NCBI GenBank assembly: GCA_964527555.1
Contig: CAZGOG010000006.1
Location: forward strand, 276-64,275
DNA: 64,000 nucleotides
DNA from: an uncultured Planctomycetia bacterium
Lineage (GTDB): Bacteria; Omnitrophota; Gorgyraeia; Tantalellales; Tantalellaceae
Direction of reading: 5' to 3'
Shown here: one piece after another, positions 10,061 through 19,246 of the stretch
Numbering within the stretch: the first letter of the stretch is position 1
How the letters are laid out: each line of letters begins with the position of its first letter
Program-made: the position numbers and the translations under genes
Notes under the pieces: model-generated
The model's database searches: none
The model's input: only the letters and a program-made list of their open reading frames with translations
Told to the model about the DNA's origin: nothing

Positions 10061-11032
10061 CTATGCTTTCCCGGCACTGCCAAGCACGTTTTCATTCTTG
10101 TGCTTGTACATCTTGATAAGCTCGTCCCGGGCCGGACCAAGATACTTCCTGGGATCGAACTCTTTCGGTTTCGTCCACAGGACCTCGCGTATTTTGGCCG
10201 TCATTGCAAGCCGTCCGTCGGAATCGATGTTTATCTTACATACCGCGGATTCCGCAGCCTTGCGCAGCTGGTCTTCCGGAACTCCTACAGCGTTTTCCAG
10301 ATTTCCGCCGTATTTATTAATAAGTTCGACATACTCTGGAAGAACGGAACTTGACCCATGAAGTACAATGGGAAACCCCGGAAGCCTCTTCTCCACTTCT
10401 TTCAAGATATCGAATCTTAAAGGCGGGACTTCCTCTCCGGGCTTTACCTTGAATTTGTAAGCGCCGTGAGAGGTACCGATAGATATTGCCAGACTGTCTA
10501 CCCCGGTCTTGGATACAAACTCTTCCACCTCTTCCGGTTTGGTATAATGCGTCTTTTCGTGACTTACCTCATCTTCGATGCCGGCAAGAACGCCGAGTTC
10601 ACCTTCTACGGTGACGTCATACTTGCGGGCGTACCCTACGACCTTTTTAGTAAGGGCGATATTATCTTCAAAAGACAAACCGGAACCATCTATCATGACG
10701 GATGAAAAACCGCTTTCTACACAGGAGACGCATAATTCGTACGTATCGCCGTGGTCCAGGTGCAAGGTCACCGGTATGTTGCTGCCGGCATCCTTAATGA
10801 AGTCTATCGCGCCTCCGGCCATATGCCTGAGAAGTATGGGGTTAGCATACTTTCGGGCGCCGGAAGACACCTGGAGCACAACAGGAGAATTTGTGTCTAT
10901 ACAGGCGGTTAAAATAGCCTGAAGCTGCTCCATGTTGTTGAAATTATACCCCGGGATCGCATATTTGCCGTCAATGGCTTTTGCGTACATCTCTTTGGTG
11001 TTTACAAGACCTAAATCTTTATAGCTGTACAT
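10061..11032 (-). CDS. fba: Class II fructose-1,6-bisphosphate aldolase
   Basis: LHLDHG, SSVMIDGS, GTSHGAYK, VLHGSS and KINIDSD motifs. Confidence 0.95.
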   Translation of the reverse strand: MYSYKDLGLVNTKEMYAKAIDGKYAIPGYNFNNMEQLQAILTACIDTNSPVVLQVSSGARKYANPILLRHMAGGAIDFIKDAGSNIPVTLHLDHGDTYELCVSCVESGFSSVMIDGSGLSFEDNIALTKKVVGYARKYDVTVEGELGVLAGIEDEVSHEKTHYTKPEEVEEFVSKTGVDSLAISIGTSHGAYKFKVKPGEEVPPLRFDILKEVEKRLPGFPIVLHGSSSVLPEYVELINKYGGNLENAVGVPEDQLRKAAESAVCKINIDSDGRLAMTAKIREVLWTKPKEFDPRKYLGPARDELIKMYKHKNENVLGSAGKA

Positions 11033-11121
11033 GGTTTTTCATCCTTTCTTTTTATGCTTTTATAATAAGGGTAAATCAGGAAATATTCTATCAAGTTCCT
11101 TTTCTATTACAAGGAAAAAAT

Positions 11122-11526
11122 TTATTCCTCTTTAACCAGAGACTTTATTGTTATTGATTGGAGCTTTTTGACAAGATCTTTCTCTATATTGTCCAGTTTT
11201 TTCTTAAGGTAACAGGTCCTCACCCTTGGGCAGGTCCTGCCTTTAAAAAGGTGTTCATTCAGCGTAAAACGCCCCTGGAATATCTCGATAATATTAACAA
11301 TGTTTATCTTCCCGGGATCGACAACCAGGGAAAAACCGCCGCTTCTGCCCTTATATGACTTAAGCAGGCCCTTTTTATTCAAAACTTGAAGTATTTTCCT
11401 CAAAAAAGGTCTCGGCATATCGAGTTCTTCCGAGAGACTGGAGACAGTAAACATCCCGTCCCTGGAGGAGGCTATACAGGTCAGGGCTCTTACGGCATAA
11501 TCGGTATCCCTGGTAAGCAGCTTCAT
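11122..11526 (-). CDS. Rrf2-family transcriptional regulator (likely Fe-S sensor)
   Basis: TRDTDYAVRAL, FLRKILQ.L and S.KG.SGGF motifs; C-terminal H-x6-C-x5-C. Confidence 0.9.
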   Translation of the reverse strand: MKLLTRDTDYAVRALTCIASSRDGMFTVSSLSEELDMPRPFLRKILQVLNKKGLLKSYKGRSGGFSLVVDPGKINIVNIIEIFQGRFTLNEHLFKGRTCPRVRTCYLKKKLDNIEKDLVKKLQSITIKSLVKEE

Positions 11527-11564
11527 TTGTATATCCTCCTTAAATCAAGATTATGTGAAAATTT

Positions 11565-12605
11565 TTACTGATTACGTTTTTTTAAAAATTTCACGATAAA
11601 ATTCCTGCAAATGAGCGCGATAAGTAAAACAGTCGCAGCTAGCGTCAGCCAATCGGGAATTATCCTCCGGTGGGCATGCATCATAAAATGAATAGAACCA
11701 GGTTCATAAAAATAAGTAAAAATTTTGTCAAGCACTAGACCCAGCGTAATACTGCTGACAGCGATCGACCCCAGGTAAATAATAAGAGCTTTCCGCCCCA
11801 TATTCTTAGCGACTACGGACATGGTTACGATATTAGTCGCGGGACCCGCAACCAGGAAAACAAAAGCAGCGCCGGGACCCAGCCCCTTTATCATCAAAGC
11901 CGCAGCTATCGGTATCGAAGCGGTCGCACAAACATACATGGGGATACCTACAAGGAGCATTATAAACATCTCCTTAAGCCCGGATCCCAGGTATGTTTCA
12001 ATGAAGGTTTCCGGCAGAAAGTACGTAATCACTCCCCCCATCAGAATCCCTGCCAGTAACGCAAGACCAGTATCCTCTAATAGATCCCCAAAAGCATAAC
12101 TGAAAACGCCTTTTATCCTATGGCCGGTACCGTGCACGTGTTCCTTCTCCTCATCGCAGAGCTTACATTTAGGCACTTCTCTCGCAGGAGTAGGCTCTTC
12201 TTTAATAAAAATATTTGCAGCTGCTCCTGCCAAAACGCCCGTTATAAACGAAGCTATTATTCGGTAAACCGTAAAAAGTCCCCCCAAAAGTGAATACGTG
12301 GCAAAAATAGAATCAACGCCCGTCGTGGGCGTTGAAATAAGGAACGAGAGCACCGCCCCCCTGCTTGCGCCCTCTCTGCGTAATGACATCGCCGCCGGGA
12401 TAACCGAACAGGAGCAAAGAGGAAGCGGAATCCCGAACAAAGAAGCTGTCACCACCGAAAGAAGACTGCTCCTGCCAAGATGACGGCTCACCGTTCCGGT
12501 GCTGATAAAAATATGGAGAATACCGGCGAATAAAAAGCCGAACAATAGGTAAGGAGCCATTGCTTTGAGCAGAAAATACGATTCTTTGATTATACCGCTG
12601 ATCAT
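11565..12605 (-). CDS. DUF318/ArsP permease (SO_0444-type Cu/Zn efflux-like)
   Basis: GIPLPLCSCSVIP and GIPMYVCATASIP repeats; Cys/His-rich loop CKLCDEEKEHVHGTGH. Confidence 0.85.
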   Translation of the reverse strand: MISGIIKESYFLLKAMAPYLLFGFLFAGILHIFISTGTVSRHLGRSSLLSVVTASLFGIPLPLCSCSVIPAAMSLRREGASRGAVLSFLISTPTTGVDSIFATYSLLGGLFTVYRIIASFITGVLAGAAANIFIKEEPTPAREVPKCKLCDEEKEHVHGTGHRIKGVFSYAFGDLLEDTGLALLAGILMGGVITYFLPETFIETYLGSGLKEMFIMLLVGIPMYVCATASIPIAAALMIKGLGPGAAFVFLVAGPATNIVTMSVVAKNMGRKALIIYLGSIAVSSITLGLVLDKIFTYFYEPGSIHFMMHAHRRIIPDWLTLAATVLLIALICRNFIVKFLKKRNQ

Positions 12606-12607
12606 TT

Positions 12608-13129
12608 TTACAAAAGTTTTTTTATAATAGATTCAAAAAAGTCTTTGCCCCTGTAGCCGACTATCTTCTCTACGATCCTTCCCTTCCGGTCAATGATGAA
12701 CGTGGTTGGGATGCTCCTTATACCCCCGTAACTGGCAACCACTATCTGATCTGCCATAAGTACGGGGTAATCTATCTCGTTTGTCTGGACAAAAGGTCTC
12801 ACGGTAGCTGCCCCTCCCTGATCCAAGGCGACCCCTATAATCACAAGCCCTTTTCCCTTGTATCTCTGGTAGAGGTCCTTAAAGTGCGGCACTTCCATCC
12901 TGCAGGGCGGGCACCACGTCGCCCAGAAATCAAGTATGACCACTTTGCCTTTTGTCTGTGACAGCGAAAAGTCGTTACCGTTTAAATCTTTAAGCTTGAA
13001 ATCAGGGGCTACGGGTCTCAAGATATCAGATTCTGAAGATTCCGTGCGCGCCTGGCATGAAACAAGACTCGCCGCAATAAAAACTATTCCGATAAATACT
13101 AAAAATTTTAAACTTTTTCTTGTTTTCAC
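12608..13129 (-). CDS. TlpA/ResA thiol-disulfide reductase lipoprotein
   Basis: Lipobox LVSC; DFWATWCPPC; IPTTFIID. Confidence 0.9.
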   Translation of the reverse strand: MKTRKSLKFLVFIGIVFIAASLVSCQARTESSESDILRPVAPDFKLKDLNGNDFSLSQTKGKVVILDFWATWCPPCRMEVPHFKDLYQRYKGKGLVIIGVALDQGGAATVRPFVQTNEIDYPVLMADQIVVASYGGIRSIPTTFIIDRKGRIVEKIVGYRGKDFFESIIKKLL

Positions 13130-13144
13130 CTGGCAATCCCTCCT

Positions 13145-13873
13145 TTATTTCGCGAACTTGTAAAACGCATCCGGAACGAACCTAACCAGTATACTTAAAC
13201 TGTCAAAAAACATAAGACAGCCCACTGCTATTAGCAGAAGTCCCGCAACGATCTCTCCCAGCCGGATAAACTTTTTATACCGCTGGAAAAAAGTCATAAA
13301 CGCACCTATCGCAAAACCCGTTACAATAAAAGGTATACCGAGCCCTAAGGAATAAACCGCTAAAAGCAGCATGCCTTTTAGCATGGTCTTTTGGGTTGCC
13401 GCCAGAGAAAGAATACCTCCCAGAATAGGCCCTACACAAGGTGTCCAGCCGAATCCAAATGCAAGTCCGATAACAAAAGCCCCCAAAAAACCGGATGACG
13501 GCTTTTTTATATTAATGCGCTTCTCATAGTTAAGCCATCCTATTCTAACAGCCCCTATGAGATACAGGCCGAATATAATAACAAGTACGCCCGCTATCTT
13601 TGTAAAGACCGTTATGTAGCTGGCGAGGAACTTTCCGACTAGAGAGGCAGATGCCCCCAGACAAATGAAAATTACGGAAAACCCAAGAACGAAAAAAATA
13701 GATACTATCCCCGCTTCTTTAAACTCCTTTTTCTTGTCAGCACCATGCCGAAGCTCTTCGAGTGAGACTCCCGAAAGGAAGGAAATATATCCGGGCACAA
13801 GAGGGAGTATGCAAGGGGATAAAAAAGACAGGACCCCTGCTATAAAAGCTATCCCCACATTGATGCTATCCAT
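13145..13873 (-). CDS. ccdA: CcdA/DsbD-type membrane electron transporter
   Basis: SFLSPCILP and GWTPCVGP motifs; about 6 TM helices. Confidence 0.92.
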   Translation of the reverse strand: MDSINVGIAFIAGVLSFLSPCILPLVPGYISFLSGVSLEELRHGADKKKEFKEAGIVSIFFVLGFSVIFICLGASASLVGKFLASYITVFTKIAGVLVIIFGLYLIGAVRIGWLNYEKRINIKKPSSGFLGAFVIGLAFGFGWTPCVGPILGGILSLAATQKTMLKGMLLLAVYSLGLGIPFIVTGFAIGAFMTFFQRYKKFIRLGEIVAGLLLIAVGCLMFFDSLSILVRFVPDAFYKFAK

Positions 13874-13890
13874 GCGTAAATCGCCTCCCT

Positions 13891-14523
13891 TTACTTGAAA
13901 ATCTCGCCTGTCTCTCCCGACCAGAACAAGAGATCCAGCTCATCCATCGGGATACCTATTTTTCTTGAGAATCTTCTCAGTTTTTCTTCAAGTGACAAAT
14001 ATTTTTTCTCTGATATTCCATCGGGAACCTGCCGGATGATACCGTATCTAACCATGTTCCTTAGTATGTGTACGTCAAGTATAGCCAGATCCCGACCGAA
14101 TCCGATATTCCTCAAAAAATGACTCGCTTCTTTAAGCCCTATTCCCTTAACATTACACGCCAGCCAGTGACGCGTCTTGAAAACGTCTCCGGCATCTATC
14201 CGCCTTTTTAACCTTAGGCTGCCGCCTTCGGTAAAAAGTCTTCTCGCCTCCACGATATAGCCGGCTTTATTGTTTGGAAAACGGACTGCTTTCAGGCCCC
14301 TTCTTATCTGAAGCCGGTTCCCCTTAAAAAGCATCCCTCTCTTTTCCAACCCGGAAACAGCTTTATCACAGTAGACCGCCTTCGACTGGGGAGTGCATAT
14401 ACAGAAACAAAGCTCGCTAAAGATCTTTCTCTCAGGTCCGTTCCATACCGCCTTGAACTCTTTCAGCCGGCTTTTTATCTTGGTCTTTTTTCTGGCGTAT
14501 TCTTCTATTAATTTATGCTTCAC
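13891..14523 (-). CDS. ogg: 8-oxoguanine DNA glycosylase/AP lyase (Ogg2/archaeal type)
   Basis: ELCFCICTPQS, RFPNNKA, HhH VKGIGLKEASHFLRN, AILDVH and C-terminal GEIFK. Confidence 0.9.
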   Translation of the reverse strand: MKHKLIEEYARKKTKIKSRLKEFKAVWNGPERKIFSELCFCICTPQSKAVYCDKAVSGLEKRGMLFKGNRLQIRRGLKAVRFPNNKAGYIVEARRLFTEGGSLRLKRRIDAGDVFKTRHWLACNVKGIGLKEASHFLRNIGFGRDLAILDVHILRNMVRYGIIRQVPDGISEKKYLSLEEKLRRFSRKIGIPMDELDLLFWSGETGEIFK

Positions 14524-14708
14524 AATACGGATTCTATAAGCATCCTGGCAATTTTAATATGAGTCACTTCATCATCACGTATAGCACTCAGCTGACTTTT
14601 TACGCCTTCATCCTGGAGCTGGTCAATATAATGATCATAAAAAGCCTTTGCCCTTTCCTCGTGGACTAGTATTTCCCGGAATTCTTTAAGCAGCATTTCA
14701 GTATTCAT
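14520..14708 (-). CDS. Small ferritin-like (half-bundle) protein
   Basis: HEERA..FY helix and DDEVTH (ExxH) helix; overlaps both neighbours, consistent with translational coupling. Confidence 0.7.
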   Translation of the reverse strand: MNTEMLLKEFREILVHEERAKAFYDHYIDQLQDEGVKSQLSAIRDDEVTHIKIARMLIESVL

Positions 14709-14940
14709 CTCGATTTGAGGCCCCCACTTCCAGTACCATTTTATCGATTATCTCTTTATGCCTTGAGGAGTCGCGGTGAAGCGTGGACAGGAGTTTTTCG
14801 ATCTTCTTTTTCTTCTCTATTTCCATACCCTCAGTCTGCTGGACCATAGCTTTTGCAAAACTTGCATACATCCCTATCATGCCCTCTTCGACATATACCA
14901 GTTCATTGAGCCCGGCCAAAAGCCTGTCTTTTTTCATCAT
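14698..14940 (-). CDS. Small ferritin-like (half-bundle) protein, degenerate ExxH
   Basis: VEEGMIGMY helix and RDSSRH helix; lies inside the operon with an SD-like sequence upstream. Confidence 0.6.
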   Translation of the reverse strand: MMKKDRLLAGLNELVYVEEGMIGMYASFAKAMVQQTEGMEIEKKKKIEKLLSTLHRDSSRHKEIIDKMVLEVGASNRDEY

Positions 14941-14949
14941 AGGTATCTC

Positions 14950-15873
14950 TTATCCCCCTTCCCTGCTTTTTGAAATATACTTGAAAGCCCCGAGTGCCGC
15001 TTTCGCGCCTTCCCCGGCAGCTACTATTATCTGTTTTTCGGGGACATTCGTAACATCCCCGGCGGCAAATATCCCGGGGACGCTGGTCTCATTCGCACAA
15101 TTCACCTCAATCTCCCCTTGTTTATTTTTATCCAGTAAACCAGTAAAGCCTGAATTCGGGATAAGTCCGATCTCGACAAAAATACCCTGGACAGATATCT
15201 CTTTCTCTTCTTCATCCTTTTTCACCTTTATACTTTTTACAAAGGCCTCCCCCAATATCGCGGTTATCCTGGTCTTATTAAGAACGGTAACCTTATCGCT
15301 CTTAAGAACCTTCTCCCGCATTATCGCATCACCTTTAAGTTCCGGTTCTATATTTATTATGAAAATTTTACCAGCTATCTTGATAAGCTGAAGCGCCGCA
15401 TCCAGTGCGGAGTTGCCCCCACCGATAATCGCGACATCCTTACCTGAGAACAAGGGGCCGTCACAGGTGGCGCAGTAAGTCAGACCCTTATTTTTAAACT
15501 CTTCTTCACCCGGCACGTTAAGCTCTCTTGATCTTTTTCCTGAAGAGACGATGACAGTTCTTGCTTTATATTTGCCTTTCAGGGTGCTAACCGCAAAAAA
15601 ATTTCCATCTTTGTCGATGCCGGTTACTTCTTCCTGCTCCTTTACCGGTATACTGTACTTTTTCATGTGCTCCTCAAACTTGGCCGTAAGTTCACTGCCG
15701 GTCACAAACTGGTATCCGGTATAATTTTCGATGTCTCCGCTCCAGGCGGCCTGGCCCCCGATGTCACCGGTTAGAACAATAAGATCCATCCCTTTGCGTG
15801 CGGCATATACACCGGCTGTAATACCCGCCGGACCGGCGCCTATTATGATAACATCGTATATTTTATCCATCAC
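14950..15873 (-). CDS. trxB: Thioredoxin-disulfide reductase (TrxB/AhpF C-terminal type)
   Basis: GAGPAG, YCATCDGP, GGGNSA and GIFAAGD motifs. Confidence 0.92.
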   Translation of the reverse strand: MMDKIYDVIIIGAGPAGITAGVYAARKGMDLIVLTGDIGGQAAWSGDIENYTGYQFVTGSELTAKFEEHMKKYSIPVKEQEEVTGIDKDGNFFAVSTLKGKYKARTVIVSSGKRSRELNVPGEEEFKNKGLTYCATCDGPLFSGKDVAIIGGGNSALDAALQLIKIAGKIFIINIEPELKGDAIMREKVLKSDKVTVLNKTRITAILGEAFVKSIKVKKDEEEKEISVQGIFVEIGLIPNSGFTGLLDKNKQGEIEVNCANETSVPGIFAAGDVTNVPEKQIIVAAGEGAKAALGAFKYISKSREGG

Positions 15874-15904
15874 CGTATAGAATTTTACTGTTTAAAACCG
15901 TCCG

Positions 15905-16141
15905 TTACAGTCCCAGCGCGCTGGAGATCTTCTCTTTATCAAAACCCACGATTATCTCGCCTTCGATATCAAGGACCGGCACTCCCATCTGGCCGGATTT
16001 AGCGACCATCTCCTCGGCCCTGGCATGATTAGCGGAAACATCAATATCTTCAAAGTCTATATTATTATCTTTAAGAAACTGCTTCGTTTTTAGACAAAAC
16101 GGGCAAGTCGGAGTGCTGTAAATCATGATTTTTTTACTCAT
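15905..16141 (-). CDS. Glutaredoxin-like protein (YruB/NrdH family)
   Basis: YSTPTCPFC, SGQMGVPV and IVGFD motifs. Confidence 0.9.
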   Translation of the reverse strand: MSKKIMIYSTPTCPFCLKTKQFLKDNNIDFEDIDVSANHARAEEMVAKSGQMGVPVLDIEGEIIVGFDKEKISSALGL

Positions 16142-16154
16142 CTGCGCTCCTCTT

Positions 16155-16640
16155 TTAAGATTCTAACACCTTTTTTAAATCAGTCAGCTTTTTTATGTGA
16201 CTCTCTTCCTCTTTAATCAGTTTGTCGATTGTCTCTGCCTCACCAGCCGATACAATCTTCTTCATATTTTCATAGAAAGTAACCGATTCTTCCTCAAGTT
16301 TTATGCCGAGTGTGACTGCCTCTATATCGCTTTTGGTGCCCGCGGCTACTTCCTTGCCCTTATCCTTCCGTGTAAAGACGTATTCCCCGGCTAACGTATT
16401 CATATAGGAAAAATAGTCTTCGGGGTAAGCGCCACTCGGCTCATACCTGCAGGAAGCCTTAAATATATCCTTGAAAATATCTATGTGTTTCTCTTCTTCT
16501 TCCGAAAGATATACAAAGACTTCGGAAGCCTGTTTACTTTGGGCCATCCGGGCAAGCTTACCATAGAAGTCCTTCCCGTTCTTCTCTATCTGTATGCCCA
16601 GTTCCACAACCTCGCAGCTTGAAAAATGCTTATCGCTCAT
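16155..16640 (-). CDS. Rubrerythrin/ferritin-like di-iron protein without a rubredoxin domain
   Basis: IEKNGKDFY...EEEKH and LEEESVTFY...EEESH repeats. Confidence 0.88.
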   Translation of the reverse strand: MSDKHFSSCEVVELGIQIEKNGKDFYGKLARMAQSKQASEVFVYLSEEEEKHIDIFKDIFKASCRYEPSGAYPEDYFSYMNTLAGEYVFTRKDKGKEVAAGTKSDIEAVTLGIKLEEESVTFYENMKKIVSAGEAETIDKLIKEEESHIKKLTDLKKVLES

Positions 16641-16664
16641 CTATCCTCCCGCGCTTTTTACCGG

Positions 16665-17240
16665 TTAATAATTCTCGCAGAAAAGTTCAAAATATTCCTG
16701 CGGGTGCCTGCATGACGGACATTTCTCAATGGCCTCTTCACCCTCATGAACATACCCGCAATTACGGCATTTCCACTTACGAGGCGCCTCTCTCTTGAAC
16801 ACCTTACCGCCTTTGATGTTTGCTGCAAGCTTGCGGTAGCGGGCTTCGTGCGCCTGCTCGACTCTGGCTATGTTCTCAAAAGAAGCAGCGATCTCATCAA
16901 ATCCCTCTTTTTTTGCCACTTCGGCAGCTTCTTTGTAAAGCTTTGTCCATTCAAGATTCTCGCCCGCTGCGGCTGCTTCGAGATTGGCAAGGGTATCGGA
17001 GATAATCCCGGCCGGGTAAGCGGCCTGTATCTCAAGCTCACCCCCTTCTAAATATTTAAAGAACACTTTAGCGTGTTCCCGTTCGTTTTCTGCCGTCTCA
17101 AGAAAAAGCGCCTCGATCTGCCTGTACCCTTCTTTCCTGGCGACACCGGCAAAATAAGTGTACCTGTTCCTCGCCTGGGATTCACCTGCGAAAGAAGCCA
17201 AAAGATTTTTTTCTGTCTTTGTTCCCTTTACACTTGCCAT
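16665..17240 (-). CDS. rbr: Rubrerythrin
   Basis: SFAGESQARNRY, ENEREH, VEQAHE and C-terminal CRNCG...CPSC; start MASVK after SD AGGAGG. Confidence 0.95.
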   Translation of the reverse strand: MASVKGTKTEKNLLASFAGESQARNRYTYFAGVARKEGYRQIEALFLETAENEREHAKVFFKYLEGGELEIQAAYPAGIISDTLANLEAAAAGENLEWTKLYKEAAEVAKKEGFDEIAASFENIARVEQAHEARYRKLAANIKGGKVFKREAPRKWKCRNCGYVHEGEEAIEKCPSCRHPQEYFELFCENY

Positions 17241-17285
17241 TTTTATCATCCTCCCTTTAGCAATTCACTTCCCCGGTTTTACAGA

Positions 17286-17666
17286 TTATTTCCTTTTCCA
17301 AAGCATATGTATCGTACAAAATTCTCTTACTTCGACTATATCCAGATTTTTAACACAAAATTCCGCTTCAGGCGCTTCTCCGGGATTAAGCTCCGCGCGC
17401 AAAACTTTATCCGCAGTTAAGACTTCGATGAACTTTATATAATGCGCATCTTCCATGGGGTGCGGAGTGCTGCCGACTTTCACCTTGACCCCTCCTTTAG
17501 TCTCCTCGACTACCGGAACGTGCTTTTCCTTCCCCTCATCCTCGGTTTTGGGATAAAGTTTAGCCATCGGCTGACCGCAGCATACAAGGTCAGGCGCCCC
17601 TTCATGCGCGATCTCTACGACATTCCCGCATATACTGCACCTGTAAAGTTCCCTTAATCTCGTCAT
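17286..17666 (-). CDS. dfx: Desulfoferrodoxin (2Fe superoxide reductase)
   Basis: CSICGN...CCG desulforedoxin domain; EKHVP, HPM...HYI and CTIH. Confidence 0.95.
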   Translation of the reverse strand: MTRLRELYRCSICGNVVEIAHEGAPDLVCCGQPMAKLYPKTEDEGKEKHVPVVEETKGGVKVKVGSTPHPMEDAHYIKFIEVLTADKVLRAELNPGEAPEAEFCVKNLDIVEVREFCTIHMLWKRK

Positions 17667-18826
17667 GATATCCCTCCCTTTAATTGTTCTTTTATACCGT
17701 TAATCGTATTTTCATCCGGCACATACTGGACCTTTATGCCTTTCAGCATATCAAAACCGCATGAACCTAATACGCCCTCTATCTCACCGATACTTTGGCC
17801 TCCCCAGCCGTAAGAACCGAACGCAAGGCCCCTCCTTCCCTTCGGGGCAAGGCCTTTCATGTAAGTAAGAAAAGCCGATACCGTAGGAAGCAATCCGTTG
17901 TTGAGCGTGGGTGAACCCACGCATATATACTTACTGTTTAGGATCCGGGTCATTATGTCTGATATATGATTAGTCTTTAGACTCATAAGATGTGAGGGTA
18001 TTCCTTTATCTTCAAAAATTTCATAAATTGCTTCTGCGATTTTTTCAGTCGATCCCCACATCGTATCATAGACGATTGTCGCTTTCGCGCTGGTAATATT
18101 ATTCGCCCATTCTTTATAAAGACCTATTATCTCCCCCAGATACTTGCGCCAGATAATGCCGTGACTAGGCGCTATCATATCGATATCGAGGCCGGAAAGC
18201 GCTTCAAGCGCTTTATCTACCTGCGCCCCATACGGCAGGACGATATTGGCATAATATTTTGCGGCTTCCTCCCTGACTATATCCCACCCCACTTGATCGT
18301 CAAAACGCTCCGGTGAAGCTATGTGCTGGCCGAAGGCATCGTTCGGAAGGAGCAGTTTATCCTCGGGTATATACGTCGCCATGGAATCAGGCCAATGGAC
18401 CATCTGGGTAAGAACGAACCGGGGGTTTCTCCTGCCGATATTTATCGCCTCGCCTGTATTAACAACCTTTAATTTCCAGTCGGCTTTATAATGTTTTTTA
18501 AGTCCCTTTTCACCGTTGGGGGATGTTATGACAGTGGCATCCGGGCATAATTTCATCAGCATGGGCAGGCTCCCCGAATGGTCCATCTCAACATGATTGG
18601 ATATGACATAATTTATTTCAGAGGGGTCTATTACCGTCCGTATCCGCTGGAGCATCTCATCACAGAGATAATGTTTGACCGTATCGACAAGGAGTATTTT
18701 TTCGTCGATGATGAGGTATGCGTTATAGGTGGATCCTCGCTGGGTAAGGTATCCATGGAAGTTTCTTAAGTTCCGGTCTATACCACCGACCCAGTATATC
18801 CCCTTTTTTATCTCAACTCGCTTCAT
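17663..18826 (-). CDS. fprA: Flavodiiron protein (FprA/ROO, O2/NO reductase)
   Basis: GSTYNAY, NHVEMDHSG, HWPDS, DAFGQH and flavodoxin domain FGSYGWGG; true start MKRVEIKK at 18826. Confidence 0.95.
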   Translation of the reverse strand: MKRVEIKKGIYWVGGIDRNLRNFHGYLTQRGSTYNAYLIIDEKILLVDTVKHYLCDEMLQRIRTVIDPSEINYVISNHVEMDHSGSLPMLMKLCPDATVITSPNGEKGLKKHYKADWKLKVVNTGEAINIGRRNPRFVLTQMVHWPDSMATYIPEDKLLLPNDAFGQHIASPERFDDQVGWDIVREEAAKYYANIVLPYGAQVDKALEALSGLDIDMIAPSHGIIWRKYLGEIIGLYKEWANNITSAKATIVYDTMWGSTEKIAEAIYEIFEDKGIPSHLMSLKTNHISDIMTRILNSKYICVGSPTLNNGLLPTVSAFLTYMKGLAPKGRRGLAFGSYGWGGQSIGEIEGVLGSCGFDMLKGIKVQYVPDENTINGIKEQLKGGIS

Positions 18827-18845
18827 GGTAAGTCTTTCCCAAGCC

Positions 18846-18989
18846 TTAATCTTCTTCCGGTTCAAATTGATCTTTTCCGACCCCGCACTCGGGACATACC
18901 CATTCTTCCGGAAGATCTTCAAATGCCTCGTTATTGTTTTCCTTGGGATCATAAATATAACCACATACCGTACACCTGTATCTTTTCAT
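18846..18989 (-). CDS. Rubredoxin, 47 aa (not in the ORF track)
   Basis: Manual translation [47 protein letters not shown] with two CxxCG knuckles; SD GGAGAGG. Confidence 0.95.
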   Translation of the reverse strand: MKRYRCTVCGYIYDPKENNNEAFEDLPEEWVCPECGVGKDQFEPEED

Positions 18990-19094
18990 CGCCTCTCCCT
19001 TCTTTTATGCTCGCTTCTTATCCTTTATGATATAACAGATCTATATGACATTCTATATTAAAATAATATATTTTTTCCATTGATATTTAAGCTT

Positions 19095-19140
19095 AAATAA
19101 ACCCCGCATCAACGCTAGAAACCCTGATCGATGCGGGGTT
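19095..19140 (-). terminator. Intrinsic terminator after the 27-aa sORF
   Basis: Minus strand AACCCCGCATC...GATGCGGGGTT stem followed by TATTT. Confidence 0.7.
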
Positions 19141-19162
19141 GTCATGAAAACTGGTGGGTAGT

Positions 19163-19246
19163 TTACCGTCTTGCCCGGGACATTCTACAGCAACCCTCTT
19201 TACAATGCGCCACGGGGCGCAGCATATATCTGACTGTAATATTCAT
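19163..19246 (-). CDS. 27-aa Cys-rich small peptide MNITVRYMLRPVAHCKEGCCRMSRARR (not in the ORF track)
   Basis: Strong SD AAAGGAGGA, own sigma70-like promoter with operator, downstream terminator. Confidence 0.65.
   Translation of the reverse strand: MNITVRYMLRPVAHCKEGCCRMSRARR

Noticed and set aside
18827-18964. 46-aa N-terminal extension of FprA in the ORF track
   Set aside because: The region is occupied by a clear rubredoxin gene in another frame, and FprA homology starts at MKRVEIKK (18826).
11122-18989. Selenocysteine read-through in the redox genes
   Set aside because: The catalytic motifs (CPPC, CPFC, CATC) are ordinary Cys. The TGA stops I checked (14520, 14698) overlap the next gene in a different frame.
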